From Podospora anserina (Eukaryota): a stretch of 64,000 bases of DNA. The notes under the pieces were generated by a model, which saw only the letters and a list, made by a program, of their open reading frames with translations, was not told where the DNA came from and did no database searches. A program made the translations under genes and the position numbers. Position 1 is the stretch's first letter; each line of letters opens with the position of its first letter. The DNA is taken from positions 3,286,001-3,350,000 of the forward strand of contig CM030337.1 in NCBI GenBank assembly GCA_017654855.1, in the 5' to 3' direction. Shown piece after piece: positions 25,942 through 38,706 of this stretch.

Positions 25942-28140
25942 TCAACCCTCCAACACAGTCAACTCCACCCCCAAACTCGCACACAAACCACTCAACTCCC
26001 CAAACCCAACCATCCCCCCCTTCCCACCCCACTGCAACACCCTCGCCTTTGGCCGCCTCCAATCCACACCCTCCCACCGTCCCAACATCTCCACCTCCCT
26101 CCTCGTCCCCTCAAACCCCCTCACCTCCAAATACCCCTTTCCAAACTCGGGCTTCCCCCACCGCGCAAACGCCCCCCAGTAATCAACCACCAACCGCTCA
26201 AAAGCAAAGTCGTTACCATCCCTGTCCGGCAACCCTCCCCTAGCCTCAGTCCCAAAAACAATCATTTGCTCCCCCGCATGACACTTGTAGTACTCCATAT
26301 CCAAAATCCCCTTAGGGTACCCGTTGGTGCTAGGAGGTCGACACCAATCACGGGAGTACCCCGGCATCTGGTAGGTCCGGTTGAAGACAAAATAGTACGT
26401 GTCTTTGAAGGTGGCGTGGCGGGAGGCGCTGTAGGCTTTGGCGAGGGAGGGGCAGGTGAAGATTAACGAGGAGAGAAGGGAGATGGTGCTGTTGAGTATG
26501 GCGGCTTCGTTGTTTTGGAGGGCGAGAGTGCTCGCCGGGAGGGAGAACAGGGAGGTGGAGTTGGCGGGAAGGCCAAAGTGCTTCTGGGCGATGGTGTTGA
26601 AGTACTGGATGAAGGTTGCGTTGGGGGCCGGGGGGTCGTCAATCATGACGCCGACTTCGTCGCGGGTGATGCCTAGCATGACGGGAATCTTGGACGCCAG
26701 AGTGGAGGTGAAGTTGAGGGTTGGGGTGGTGAGGTAGAGGCCGTCTTGGACGATACCGCTGGTTTCGTGAGCAAAGACACAAGAAGAATGGAAGCGGAAT
26801 AGTGGACTTACTAGGCGTTGGTCGGCAGGTTGACGAGGTCGAAGCCGCTTAGCTTTCCGAGACAGGCAACTTTGTCTTTTGCATCCAAACAGCCGGCGTC
26901 TTTCAACACGTTCTTGGTGGTCGTCTCATAGTTGTGGGCCAGTGTGTCGTAGAAAATGGCAGGGGTGACAGGCCTTTCCGGGCTTGGGTATCCATCTGGG
27001 TTGGACTGTAGGATAGCACGGTGAAATAGACCCTTTGCCTTTGGCGAGCTGAGGACGACATGAGTGCCCAAAGCACCTGCAGACTCTCCGAATAAGGTCA
27101 CTTTGTTCGGGTCACCGCCAAAGTACTTGATGTACTTGTTGACCCACTCCAAGGCAGTAATCATGTCTGAGATGGCGTAGTTTCCCTTGTGGACATCATC
27201 ATTCAGGTTCAAGAAACCAAGCGAACCGACGCGGTAGTTGACAGACACCACCACGACATCGCCCCTCGAGGCAAGGTTGGTTCCATCCGTGTTTGGATTC
27301 TTTCCAGAACCGGATGTCAAGCCTCCGCCGTAGAGATATAGCATGACAGGCTTCAACTGTTTCTTGGCATCTTGGCCGGCCATACGCGGCAGGTAAGGCG
27401 TCCAGACATTGGCAAACAGGCAGTCCTCGCTGCTGCCACTGGTGACTTCGCCGATGGGTTGCGAGCAGTCTGCTCCGGCCTTGGTGGCGTCAATCTCGCC
27501 GTCCTCTCCGTAATTGGCGACTTTGGAGTAGGTGAACCGCCTCGGTGGGTCGGCAAAGCGCAGGCCGCGGAACTTCCAGGCGTGTAGGTCGCGGTAACCG
27601 GTCACCAGTTTCGAACCAACAAACTGCTGGACTTGCCAGTTGGATGAGGTGTCATCGACGGTCTGGTTGGACACTCGGGCTGACTGGGAACAGAGGGTAG
27701 GTAGCTCGGTGGAGCAATCAACATTGCGAGTCTTGCCTGTGGCATCAATGGCCCGACACTTATCAGCGTTAGGGTTGCTCTTGGAAACCCAGTAGAGCTG
27801 GTCCCGTGGGACCACTCCAAGGTATGCTTGATAGGGCAATGATCTCGCCAACGTGGTGGTGAATTTGGACTTCTTAGGGTCCCATGTCTCTTCTCCGAGC
27901 AGCTGACAGGCCATGGCGGCGGCATAGTTGGGACTGGGCTGGTTGATGAGGATGGCGGCGGACTTGTCATTTTCGGCACCTATTCGGGTGTCAGTGATAT
28001 CACTCTCCATCTTGATCCGACAAGACCTCACCGTCAAGATTGTTCTTTGACAGTATGGTCAAACCACCCCCGGTGAACAGACACTGTGCCCCCGGGGCCA
28101 GAGCCGTGGCCAGAAATATGATTGCCGTTGACCAACGCAT
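25942..28140 (-). CDS. Secreted type-B carboxylesterase with N-terminal extension; introns near 27981-28031 and 26760-26811
   Basis: Signal peptide MRWSTAIIFLATALAPGAQC; SEDCLFANVWTP, YGGG, NYRVG.LGF, FGGDPNKVTLFGESAG, CH..E. Confidence 0.92.
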
Positions 28141-30200
28141 CTTTGAAGCTGATGGCTTGGTACAGGTTTCGTGGCCGGGTGAGTCGAGGTGGAGGTCTGA
28201 CATCTCGGTGTCAACCTAGACATTTTATGTCGATGAAATGACAGGGGGTTCATTCCTTCTCGGCCGGGAGGGCCGAGGCGGACACCGGAGGTGCGGGTTG
28301 GGGAGATGCAAGTACGTGATCTGAACATATTGGTGACAAATTAGCCGATACTTGCCCCACGACTCGGCCCGTCTACGCGAATCTCTTGATTGTCCGCCAG
28401 TCCAATTGCAAAAGCTTCTCTTCTCCTCAAGTGTGGTAGATGGACCCTTGGCGATGTTCCGAGAGCCTGGTTTGGAGTGTGTGTTTCTGGGACTTCATCT
28501 CCACCTCGGGCATAGGCTTTTTCGGTGTGGTTGCAAGGTTTCTCTCCATGGTGTTGCCGTTAGGTGTCTCCCACGGTACGGGTTAATATCTGAAAAGAGG
28601 AAAGCCACACATTAGAGGGGCAAAACAACTAATAAGGCTGGTACCAGAGAAACATGACGTATGATGTAGATGGAGTTTGCTTCTGATACTAACACACTGG
28701 CGGAAGGGCGGGATGGCCCGTCGATACGGCGCCATGTTCGATCAGATGGAGCCGGGGGGTTCGGAAGAGCAGCCGTTGGTGCCAAGGAGCGAGCATCCAG
28801 CAGTTCCAAAGTTCCACGAGAGTGTCCAAATTCCAAGAACCAGGTTGATGCCCCGAGGAGAAACAATTGACCGCCTTTTTGCGGGGGAGGGTGGCGGTTC
28901 AGTTCATGCATCCCGTTCTCGTAATGCGCATCCGACATATCCCACGGGCAGGGCAAGAGGTCGAGCAGAGCAGAGCGGGAGTGGGGTGTTGGGTATTAGA
29001 TAACGATATGGTGTTGGTTGCAGGGCAGTGCTGCAATGTTTCCCGCACAGACCACCGTCTACAGCAGCATAATCCCTGAGGCGGCCCAATTAGGGGATTC
29101 CATTGCCCCGGAGGCATGCGCTAGCGCACAAACCATGCAGCACCGTCAGTGCCCAGTCGAGATCGCATCTCAGCGTCCTCCAAACCACGTTTCGCACACG
29201 TTTTTGTGGCGCACTACACCCGGAACTAGTGATTGCTTTTTACGAGCACGCTGCAGCATCATGTCACCACATGCTGGCCATCTTATCTCAGTCAGGCAGG
29301 TGTCCAAGACAAGGAGACAAAGACTCACCTTGCCATTTGACACTCGGACTTATACACAGCATTGCCAAGCCAGACGGATGGGTGCCAAGACTACGACGAC
29401 GTTTCTTGGAGACGCACGAACCATATTTCGAACGTCTGGAATTCCGCTCTGGCCTGTCTCAACGCATGAAATGCCTCGGTGCTTACCTACCACATGGCAC
29501 TCAACCGCGCCCTTCCACTCCTTCACTGCTGCATCGGCCCCTCTTTTCCCGCCGTCTTCTCCTCTCTGGGCTTCCCCCTTCCCCCCCGCGCGCAACAATG
29601 TTTGACAGTTTCTGTGAAAGTCAAATCAGAGTCAGAGAAATGATCGGCCGAGTGGGCCCGCGGTCGGACAGGCGGAGGAATAGCCTAATGAAGGAGTGTT
29701 ACATCCACTGCACTTTTGGCCTGCAGTGCTCTTCGAGAACCTGTCTCATGTCATCCGTTGAACCCTGCCACCAGCCGCCCGCAGAAAGGGAGCCTCTCGG
29801 TGAAGATGCCGTTCCCAGCGAAGCTCCCCTTGGCCCGCACGTGGCCGGAGAGATACCCCGGGTTTTATCTGCTGCTTGGTTTGCTTGCTTGCCTGTGGAT
29901 TCCCGTTGGTTTTATATAACCCTCCGCGTCTGCAATCTGGACCTCTAGACCTCTGGACCTCCTCCATCTGATGTCGACTGCCCGCTCACCAGTCACCAGA
30001 GGCAAATTGCCAACGTTAAATCGACGTCACGCAGCATCCGAAATCGGGTAAGACGGGCGGCTGTGCTCCAGATTGACCTTGCCTCGCGGAGCACTTGGGT
30101 CATCACAATGTCAAAATAACGACGGGCCTCGAACAAACCTTTTACCTTTCACCACCAACAAATAACCGCCGATTGAGGAGGAGCATCATCACCAGCAATC

Positions 30201-30639
30201 ATGGGACAAAAGCAATCCATTGTGCCGGTGGGTCTTTGATCCGATATCTTCTTCTTCAATCTCCGCGCCCTTATGACTAACATTGTCTCAGGCAACCTTT
30301 TTCTGCCCCAACACGGGCGAGGAGCTCGAGAACCCTCTCGGCCTCTGCACCCACTGCCAGGCCGCCCACGACATCATCTGGCAGTCTGTCTTCATATGCC
30401 CCAATACAGGCTACAGAATAGACACTCTTTCTCGACGACCCGACAAAGAATGCCCCTCTTGCTTTCAGATGCACCAGCCATACAGCAAGCGAGTCTACAT
30501 CTGTCCAGTCACCGGCGCCCAAATCCCACACCCCAAAGAGACGGGCGGGAAATGCCAAAAGTGCAAACGTAGCCACGAAGACAACTCGACGCCCATGACC
30601 AGCAAGGAGGCCGTGATGGTGAGGGGCCTGAGAGATTGA
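30201..30639 (+). CDS. Small protein with N-myristoylation motif and three CPxTG-x(n)-CxxC-x3-H repeats; intron 30228-30291
   Basis: Exon MGQKQSIVP joins the 30283 ORF in frame through a GTGGGT..GACTAAC..CAG intron. Three regularly spaced Cys3His units. Confidence 0.7.
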
Positions 30640-31772
30640 ATCAAATACGTCACCAATACCTCACTCCGGACCGTTGAGGGGGAAGTCGATCTGATGCCAA
30701 CACCCAAGCGCAGAGCTTATTTGTAATCAGGAGGCGACAGGACCCAGGACGAGACCTTTTTCTTTTGTTTTCTCCCGATACCCACTACTTTTCTATGTAC
30801 TTGTCAACATTCATGTGTATTTAATTGGCATCTCTGGAAACGATATTCGGGAGCAGTTGTGCACGATACCCTCAGGATGACCGTTTCTTTTTGGGAAATG
30901 AAATTGGATACTTGTTCTCATCTTTTTGGCTCTCGAACAGTCAGTGTGAACTGTCGCTGGTCGGATTTACTGCCGATGCTTTGGAATGCTCTGGCCGCAC
31001 TGTTGATGAGCACGAAGGCCGGACAAGTTACGATACACTGACAACCGAGTGGGCAGCGTCTTATATTTGAATGCAACATGCCACTGCCATCAGCTTTCAG
31101 GTTCAGAGGTCATGCAGGTCCAGCCTGGTCAGGGCAGAATATGGAGACAAAATCGCTCGAGTCAAGCGACAGAATGCAACCTCGATATTAGCCTGCCTTC
31201 TTGTTACTCGACAAAACGGATCCCTTCGATATTGCTTTCGGCGGGGAATCGTTTAGCCATAAATTCTACCTCGCACCAACCTCCGCAACATACCCATATG
31301 CGAGCCAATGCCGTAACGTCGTGCTATATTTATATCCCGTCTTCACCCCGACACCCTCTGCCGAGCAAGAGGCAGCCCAGCCCGGGGCCGTTACCAAACA
31401 CTGAGCTGACAATTCGTAAAGTGCAAGCAGACCATCAACGCTGGTAACCATGGGTATCTGTCGGTGCGGTGCAACATGTCGATTTCGCGGGTGGCTGATG
31501 ATGGTACAGCTCCGGTAAGATGGCCGGAACCCGGTGGTCTGCAGGTTGAACCCGGATATGCTATAAGACTGGACGATCAGCTTCTTATTGTCTCACATAA
31601 GTGAGTTCTTCACCTACCACATCCCGCTCCCAACCCGGTAGATCAATTCCGGCCCTTTGGAACTCGTTTGCCAAGGTATCCATGTAAGTGCAAGATGTCG
31701 ATCGTATGCTGTAGGGGTTCCCACCGTTCACTAACAATGAAACGCGGCTTCTCGACCGTAGTCAGACGTGCA

Positions 31773-33239
31773 ATGCTTTCTACGGCGATCTTCAGGGGCC
31801 TCCTGGTCTCTGCTCTGGCTGTTGCGGGGGCTTCGGCAGAATGTACTCGATTCATCGAGGCCTATGAGGGAGACACATGTGCCATCCTGGCTGAGATCGC
31901 CGGCATCACCGTGACTCAGTTCCTCCGGTCCAATCCTTCAGTCACGAGCTGTTCGCAGCTGGTTACTGGTGGTTTATATTGCATCGAGGGAATTGCCGAC
32001 AGTGGCCCTACAGCCTCGGCATCACGGACGACATCTGCTGCCCCTACGTCTTCTTCTCCGGTGCGCCTCACCGTCAGCCAGGATGGCACTTGTGGCTCGG
32101 GCGTGACCTGCACCGGATCGAGCTTCGGAAACTGCTGCTCGCAATTTGGCTTTTGCGGTAGTTCGGCTGATTACTGCCTGTCAGATGGCTGCCAAAGAGG
32201 TTTTGGCTCTTGCGGTGCCGGCGCTATCTCTTCTGCCAGCAGTGCTCCCATCACGCCGGGGCCTACCGCTTCAGTCACTGTCACTGTCACGTCCGTTGTA
32301 GCCGTCACCCGCACTTCGATCGTCTCCCAGACCAACACAGCTACTGTTACGACCACTGTACCACAGACGGTCGTTGCTACCAGGACCATCACCAACACCG
32401 TTCCGGCCACGGCCTTTACAACCCAGACAGTTCGCGTCACCTCCACCACTACTCTCACCACTGGTGCCACCGCCATTGTGACCCGAACGGTCGATCTCAC
32501 CTTGACTAGCATCGTAACACGCACAGCCACAGTCCCAGTCACCGCCACGCTAACAACAGTCATCACCAACCTGGTGGAGGTCACCGTCACGTCAACCAGA
32601 TCCTCCACGACCACGACAACAACCACGAGAACAGTTCAGACTGTCGTACCGGTAACGCAGACACTGACAACTATTCTAACCAGTGTCTCAGTCTCGACCA
32701 GGGTGTTGACCAGCACGGCAATCGTCACAAGCGGGACATGCGGAACGCCGACGACAAGAGCGCCAGCTACGACGACAACCCCGAGTGGAAGTCGGCCAAC
32801 GCTACCCGGAACACCCAGTAACTGTGAGTGAAATGAGAAACTCAGGCAGGATGAGACATGGGATTTCTTTGGCTTGGCGTGAGGAAGATGCTCCTGAAAA
32901 AACGCCTACTGACCACCTCCTCTTCGGCATTATCATAGGCAAGAACTTGGCCGTCATTACCCAGAACGACACTTGCCGCAGCTTGGCCTCGAGGGCGAAT
33001 TTGACACTGCTTCAGTTGTATGTTCCCCCTGTTTTGCGGATCAAAAGAAAGAGCAAACAGGCTAATGACAGTAAAACAGCTACGACCTCAACCCATCCGT
33101 AAGTCGCGAACCCTTAGGTGGCGAAGATGACCTCAACCGCTACTGCACACCCGAATTCATCGACCTCTTGCTGAGCGGCCTCTGTCAGATCAACTGTGAC
33201 CAATTGTGGGAGGGGTATTATGTGTGCGTGGGGAGATAA
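31773..33239 (+). CDS. Secreted LysM + CBM18 (hevein-like) + Thr-rich linker + C-terminal LysM protein; about three 3' introns
   Basis: Signal peptide; GDTC..LA...GIT..QF...NPSV..C..L..G..YC LysM; DGTCG...TC..S.FGNCCSQFGFCG....YC..GCQ..FGSC CBM18; spliced NDTC..LA...NLTL.QFYDLNPS.NCDQLWEGYYVCV. Confidence 0.9.
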
Positions 33240-33436
33240 GTAGACCAAGTCCCAGACCGGGGGCGGGGGGGAGAATAGCGGGGGTGTCTTGGATTTGATA
33301 AAATATGATGGGTGAATTTATGCGACCATATGACCACGGATATGATATCCAAGTTGTGATGTATACAAAACCTCACCTCCCAATCCCAAACGCCTCGCTA
33401 TAACACAGATCCAAATCTTCAATATTCATGCCATGG

Positions 33437-34999
33437 TCACCCCGTCAAAACAGGCGAAGTCGACACCCTCCCCACATACTCCCAACTCCTCGGCCTCCCG
33501 CTCGAAAACCGCCACTCATGGATATTGCCATTCACCATGCCAAACACCCTCTTTTCCGGATTCCCAGTGATAGCAGTAAACCGCACCTCGCCCTTCTGAT
33601 CCCCCAACCCAGCCGGATCATCCTCCTCTCTCGCCAATGTCCATTTGTTTCCGGCCAACCCATCCAACGTCCTCACCCCGAGCCTCCTCCCCCCATCCTC
33701 CAACGTCACAATCATCTGATTCACCAAGTCGTACGAAAACGCCGCCATGTTATGCGAAGCCGGAGTAGAGGGCATGTCCCCCAATGAATCACTCTCTGTT
33801 CAATGTCAGCTTTCCCTCTCAACCCAATCAGTCCAGCAGGAAAAAAAGAAAAAGAAAAAAAAAAAAAAGAATCACTCACCCTCCCCAAAACCCCCGACCA
33901 TCTCCTTCCCCGCCGTCCACCCCTTTAATTCCCTCCCCCCCTCAGGCACAAACACCACCCTCCAATAAATATCACTAACATTAAACCCCCCCTCCCCACC
34001 AGCCCTCACCAAACTCACCAGCCCCAGTTCCGTCCCCTCCCTCCCCTTGCCCACCTCAAACCCCCTCATAACCTTCATGTTGAAAACCCTCACCGTTCCC
34101 TCTCCGTCTTGATAACCAACCGCACTAGGCGGAAAAAACCATTTACAATCCTCCCCCGTCCCGCACTGCGGTCTCAAAACCTGAAAGTTTTTGTTTTCCC
34201 TCCCCACCGTCAGTATAGCATCCCCCTGCCCCACACCACCATGTCGCCAGTTCTTCATGGTAACATCCGAAGTGACGAATTGGTGGAGGACGTGGTCGGT
34301 GGTGAGGACCATGACGCCGGCTTGAAAGGCTGGGTTGGTGTACACGTATGCTGAGATGGGCGTGCCGGGCAGGAGGTCGTAGGTTGAGGGGAGGAGGGCG
34401 GAGAGGGAGTATGTTGTCCAGATGCGGGCGGTGGAGTTCCAGATGGACACCAAAAGGGAGTTGGAGGGGGGTGGGAGTTGGGAGTAGACGTGGAGGTGGA
34501 CGATGCTTGTTTTGGGGTCGGTGTAGTTTGCTGAGGCGAGGGAGGAGAGGGGGGAGATGTTGGAGGGGAGGGCGGTGAGGTTGATGGAGGGTTGGGATGG
34601 TGGTGGTGCTGGTGGGGAGTTGTCGGTGGCGTTGGGGGAGAGGGAATCGTCAATGTTGATCTCTTGGGAGGAAGGGGATTTTCGTTGGGAGATTGTCACG
34701 CCGAGGGCTATGCCCACGATGGCACCAATGAGAATGACCGCGCCGATTATGGACAGGATGAAAATGGGTTTTCGCTTCAGGCCGAGGATGCGTCGTTCTG
34801 GAGGTTCTTTGGCCGAGGTTGTGTCGATGCTGCTTTCGAGGTTTTGAACATTGGCGTAGGCAAGGTATTTGGCCGTCTCTCCGCTTCGCTCGACCGCCTG
34901 GGGAGCATCCTCCGAGACTACCTCGGGGAAGTCATGCTGTCGGTGAACCGCCTCGGGCAGATCGGAGTACTGGAGATTTGGCAGCGCCATTGCCATCAT
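33437..34999 (-). CDS. Type II membrane protein with a probable fungal fucose-specific-lectin-like beta-propeller; intron ~33796-33878
   Basis: RILGLKRK followed by a single TM helix and Pro/Ser stalk; SSLAS.NY, HVYSQ and GTPISA repeats. Confidence 0.6.
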
Positions 35000-35599
35000 C
35001 AGTTAATTCTCCGTCTTTCCAGGCCATGTGCGGGAAAGAATGCGGGTGAAACTGATCAGACCAGACGGAAAAGAGAAGCTGGGGGAGAGAAAAAAAATAT
35101 CAGCGACCGACCCTCCACCAGAATTATTCCCTGTTTTGTGCGATGTTGATCCTCTCCCAAACCCTTGGACGGGACCCCAAAGCAAACAACAGTACAACAT
35201 AGAAAAACGCCAACCAACGGAGAAGCGCGTTTGCTTGCCTCGGCAGCCGCTTCCGCGCCCCTTCAATGCAGGCTTGGGCCGAGAGGAATAGAGGGGCCGC
35301 GCTTCTCATGGCCTTGTGGTTGGCCGCTTATCGTAGTGATCTCCTGCCAAGACATATCCCAGTGAGGCGCGGCTACCAATGTCCACGTTGTCTTGTTGTA
35401 CAGACCATTTCCACGACCCCCCTCCCCACTGGGTATGTCCTGTTGTACAGACCTCGTGCCGGATACCGATCACTCATCATTTCCCCAACGGCCATGCATA
35501 CAGGTGAAACAGTTGGTGGCAACTAATACGCTGGAAAACGACACCATATATGTACACATAACACCTCCAACACCCAGTTACGCACGAAGGAAGGTTTTC

Positions 35600-37309
35600 C
35601 TAAGCCTTCTTGATAAACACCTCCAATCCTGATTGCACCACAAAGAAAGACGCATTGGCCTTGAGCGGTTGGCCCGGGTGCGCCAGCTCAAACCTGTAGT
35701 CCCTCAACAACCGTGGAATCACCTTGTTGATTTCCAGAAGCGCCAAGTTCCGCCCAATACACAGATGGCTTCCACCCCCAAACTATCGAGAATAAAACAT
35801 CAGCATCTCCCAGCGCACAATGCGGACAAACAAAAACGGGTGCTTACCTGAAACATATACCTCTCCATCTTCTTCGCCCTCTCCTCGTCCTCCAACCACC
35901 GCTCAGGTCTGAAATCGTCTGCATCTTGCCCAAACGTCTCCTTATCACGATGTAGCACCCACCCGTTCGCCGCGATGGTGGTGCCTCCAGGGAAGAAATG
36001 TCCATCCAGCTCCGCACCCTCAGGCGGGACCAATCTCGTAATGTTGAGCCCCACCGCCGGCCTCACCCTCATCGCTTCCTTGAGACAGGCCTGCAAGTAA
36101 TCCAAACTCTGCGACTGATTCCAGGTGATATTCCCCTCGGCCGGGATAACCCCCGTGTTCACCGCGTTCTCAATCTCCCTCAGCAACGCCTGGTAAACCG
36201 GCTTCGAATCCAAAATATGCCAAAAGAAGCTCTGCATCGTCGACGCCGTCGAGTCCGATCCCGCAAAGCTATTTCACCATCGAATTAGCCATCTTTCGAC
36301 AAATCCTCCCACAAGGAGAGACTTACATAGCCCCATGAGCCACAGCAAAAACATCCCCCACCCCAAACCTTTCCTTATCCCTCAAATGCCCCTGTATCAA
36401 ACTAGCCATCAAATCTCTCCTCCCGTCCACCCCAACCCCGCCCCTCAACCCACCCCCCCTATCCTTATCAAACGGCTGCCGCCTCCCCATCTCCTCCAGC
36501 GCCATCCTCGTAATCAACGCGTTCTTGGTACTCAACCAAGGCACAAACTGCCAAAGCGGATTCCTCCGCAACAAAAAATCCAACTCCGGAACCTGCCCCA
36601 CAATCCCATTATACGTCTGACTGTTATCAATCGTCTTGATCGCGTTGTCCACATCCCTCCCCTCTTTCAAAAACCCAAACGACCTCGAAAACGCCACCTC
36701 CCCCAGCACATCAAACGCAAAATAGTGCAAATAATCCCCCAAATCAAACTCCCCATCGGGCGACGACTCGATATGGTTGTTGATTTTCGTCGCCAAGAGC
36801 TCGATGGTATCGTCAATAAACGGCGACAGCTGCTGCATCGCCGCCATGCTGTACGGCACGTTCGCCACCCGCTTCTTCATAGCGTGGACGTCCTCCCTCG
36901 TTTCGGTGAAAATATCAGGGTTCTCCGGCGGGGGGAAGACCCCGTAGAAATCCGTCTTGAAAAATCTCTTCCCTGCTGACAGGAGCGTCCTCGCCGCCTC
37001 GGGGGACGAGACCGAGACTTCGTTTGGTGCGATGCGAACGACGGGGCCGTATTTCCGGTGGAGGTCGATATGTTCGAGATGGGTCCGGCCCGAGGCGACA
37101 GATTTCACTTTCCAGAGCCGGGAGATGGATGCCAGGACGGGACCGGGGTACTTCCGCAGGGGGGAGGCATATCTCTTGACGAGGGCGCGGAGGAAGAGGA
37201 AGGAGAGGGTGAGGAGGAGGTAGTGCGCTGTGAGAAAGGTGGTGATGGTGTGGAGGAGGTTTGCTGGCGCGAGGCCGGTCAAGTCTTCGTCGGGTTTGAG
37301 GACACCCAT
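35600..37309 (-). CDS. Cytochrome P450 (pisatin-demethylase-like group); introns ~36268-36326 and ~35783-35848
   Basis: YPGP, LHRKYGPVVRIAPNEVS, AGSDST, EAMR, FRPERW, FGGGSHLCIGRNLA. Confidence 0.95.
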
Positions 37310-38706
37310 TGTTGAGGTGGGGGCTGGTGTTGAAACCCCCGACCAAAATGTGGGAATGTTTCCTGTTGTTTGATGGGAAATAACTGAACCAAGGTGCAAC
37401 TGTTGAAGTTGTCTGGCTCAGTCAGGGGGTTATATGTCTTGAAGGCGTAGAAAACGCATACGAGAGCCCGACTTGTGGGAACCGAGGAAGCGGTTTTCCA
37501 GCAGACATATATGTGATAGTAGTCCCAGAAAAGGAACCCCCCAGCTATAAGGCAACTCAATCTCTCTCAACCGGCCGCCGCTGAGGAGGGGAGGGGGGGG
37601 CCGTCATCTGCCGATCTACCCATCGGTCATGGACACTTGATGCCAAGCCCCGGTTGAAGGCCAGCCACAGCCAACGACAGACATTTGGACCTTCACCAAC
37701 TCCAGCACGATGATTGGTTGGTCGAGTGGTGTCCGAGGAGGGTGAGCTGGTGGATGCATGAACGGGCGGTTCCAATCAGTGGCTCGTTCGGTCGGACGTT
37801 AAAATAGAGTGCGAGGAAAACCTGGGGATTGCGGAGACGGTATGGGGCACTTTGCCCATGGCCGAGCAGCTAGTGAGTGTGGAGTAAGTGAGTGGTGAAC
37901 GACTGGCATTGAATCTGTTACGATTTGGTAGTCCCATTCCTTCCCAACCCCTCAGAACCTACAGGTAAACAACCGACAGATCCATGGTTGAATGGAGAAC
38001 AAATCCTGACTCTGTTTGGGCGTGCAAAACGGGCGTCCCAAACCCAGGATCAATACCACGCCACGGTCCCGAACATACCCGCTATCAACCACTCTTCGAT
38101 CCAAGCCGTGTCCCGGATGGAGGGACCGCAATAAACCAAAGAAATATGGTTCGGGCATCCCACGTGTTCCATTGGCGTCGGTGAATAGTAGCAAATGGCT
38201 GTCGCTGGGCTAGATGCGGAGAAGATTACGAGAGCATTATCAGTGCACTTTTGGCCGTCGGCAGTTGATTTGGGAATCCTGAGGCGTTAGGCTAAAGCGC
38301 GTGACCATCCACCTGGGAAAGCTTGGTCAGGCTATCAAGTGTCCCGAGCGGGGCAACACCACTGTCTTTTCCGAAGTGCGAAGTGATAAATATTGGGGTA
38401 AAATGCGATCCTTGGTTGGAGACAGCAGCCAAGATGGATTAGCAAAGGCAGTCCACCAGGTGACAGGTGCAGGACGATAAGCAGTGATCAACTGGATAAC
38501 CCAGACACAGATAGCACAACAACATCAGATTACTGAACCATCATCAGCTATCAACACAAAGCCCATCTATTTGCCTCGAGGTACCCATCGCGCACCGTCT
38601 CAACTGTAGCCTGCCATTTTAATGCCCAAATGACTCCAAAACTCCAAGCAATGATTCACCAGTGACATGAACATAGCCCCCAAATTTCACCCTTGGTATC
38701 CCTGAA

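Noticed and set aside
28352..29967. ORFs of 195 and 281 aa between the esterase and the Cys3His gene
   Set aside because: Non-ATG starts, random-looking composition, no recognisable domain.
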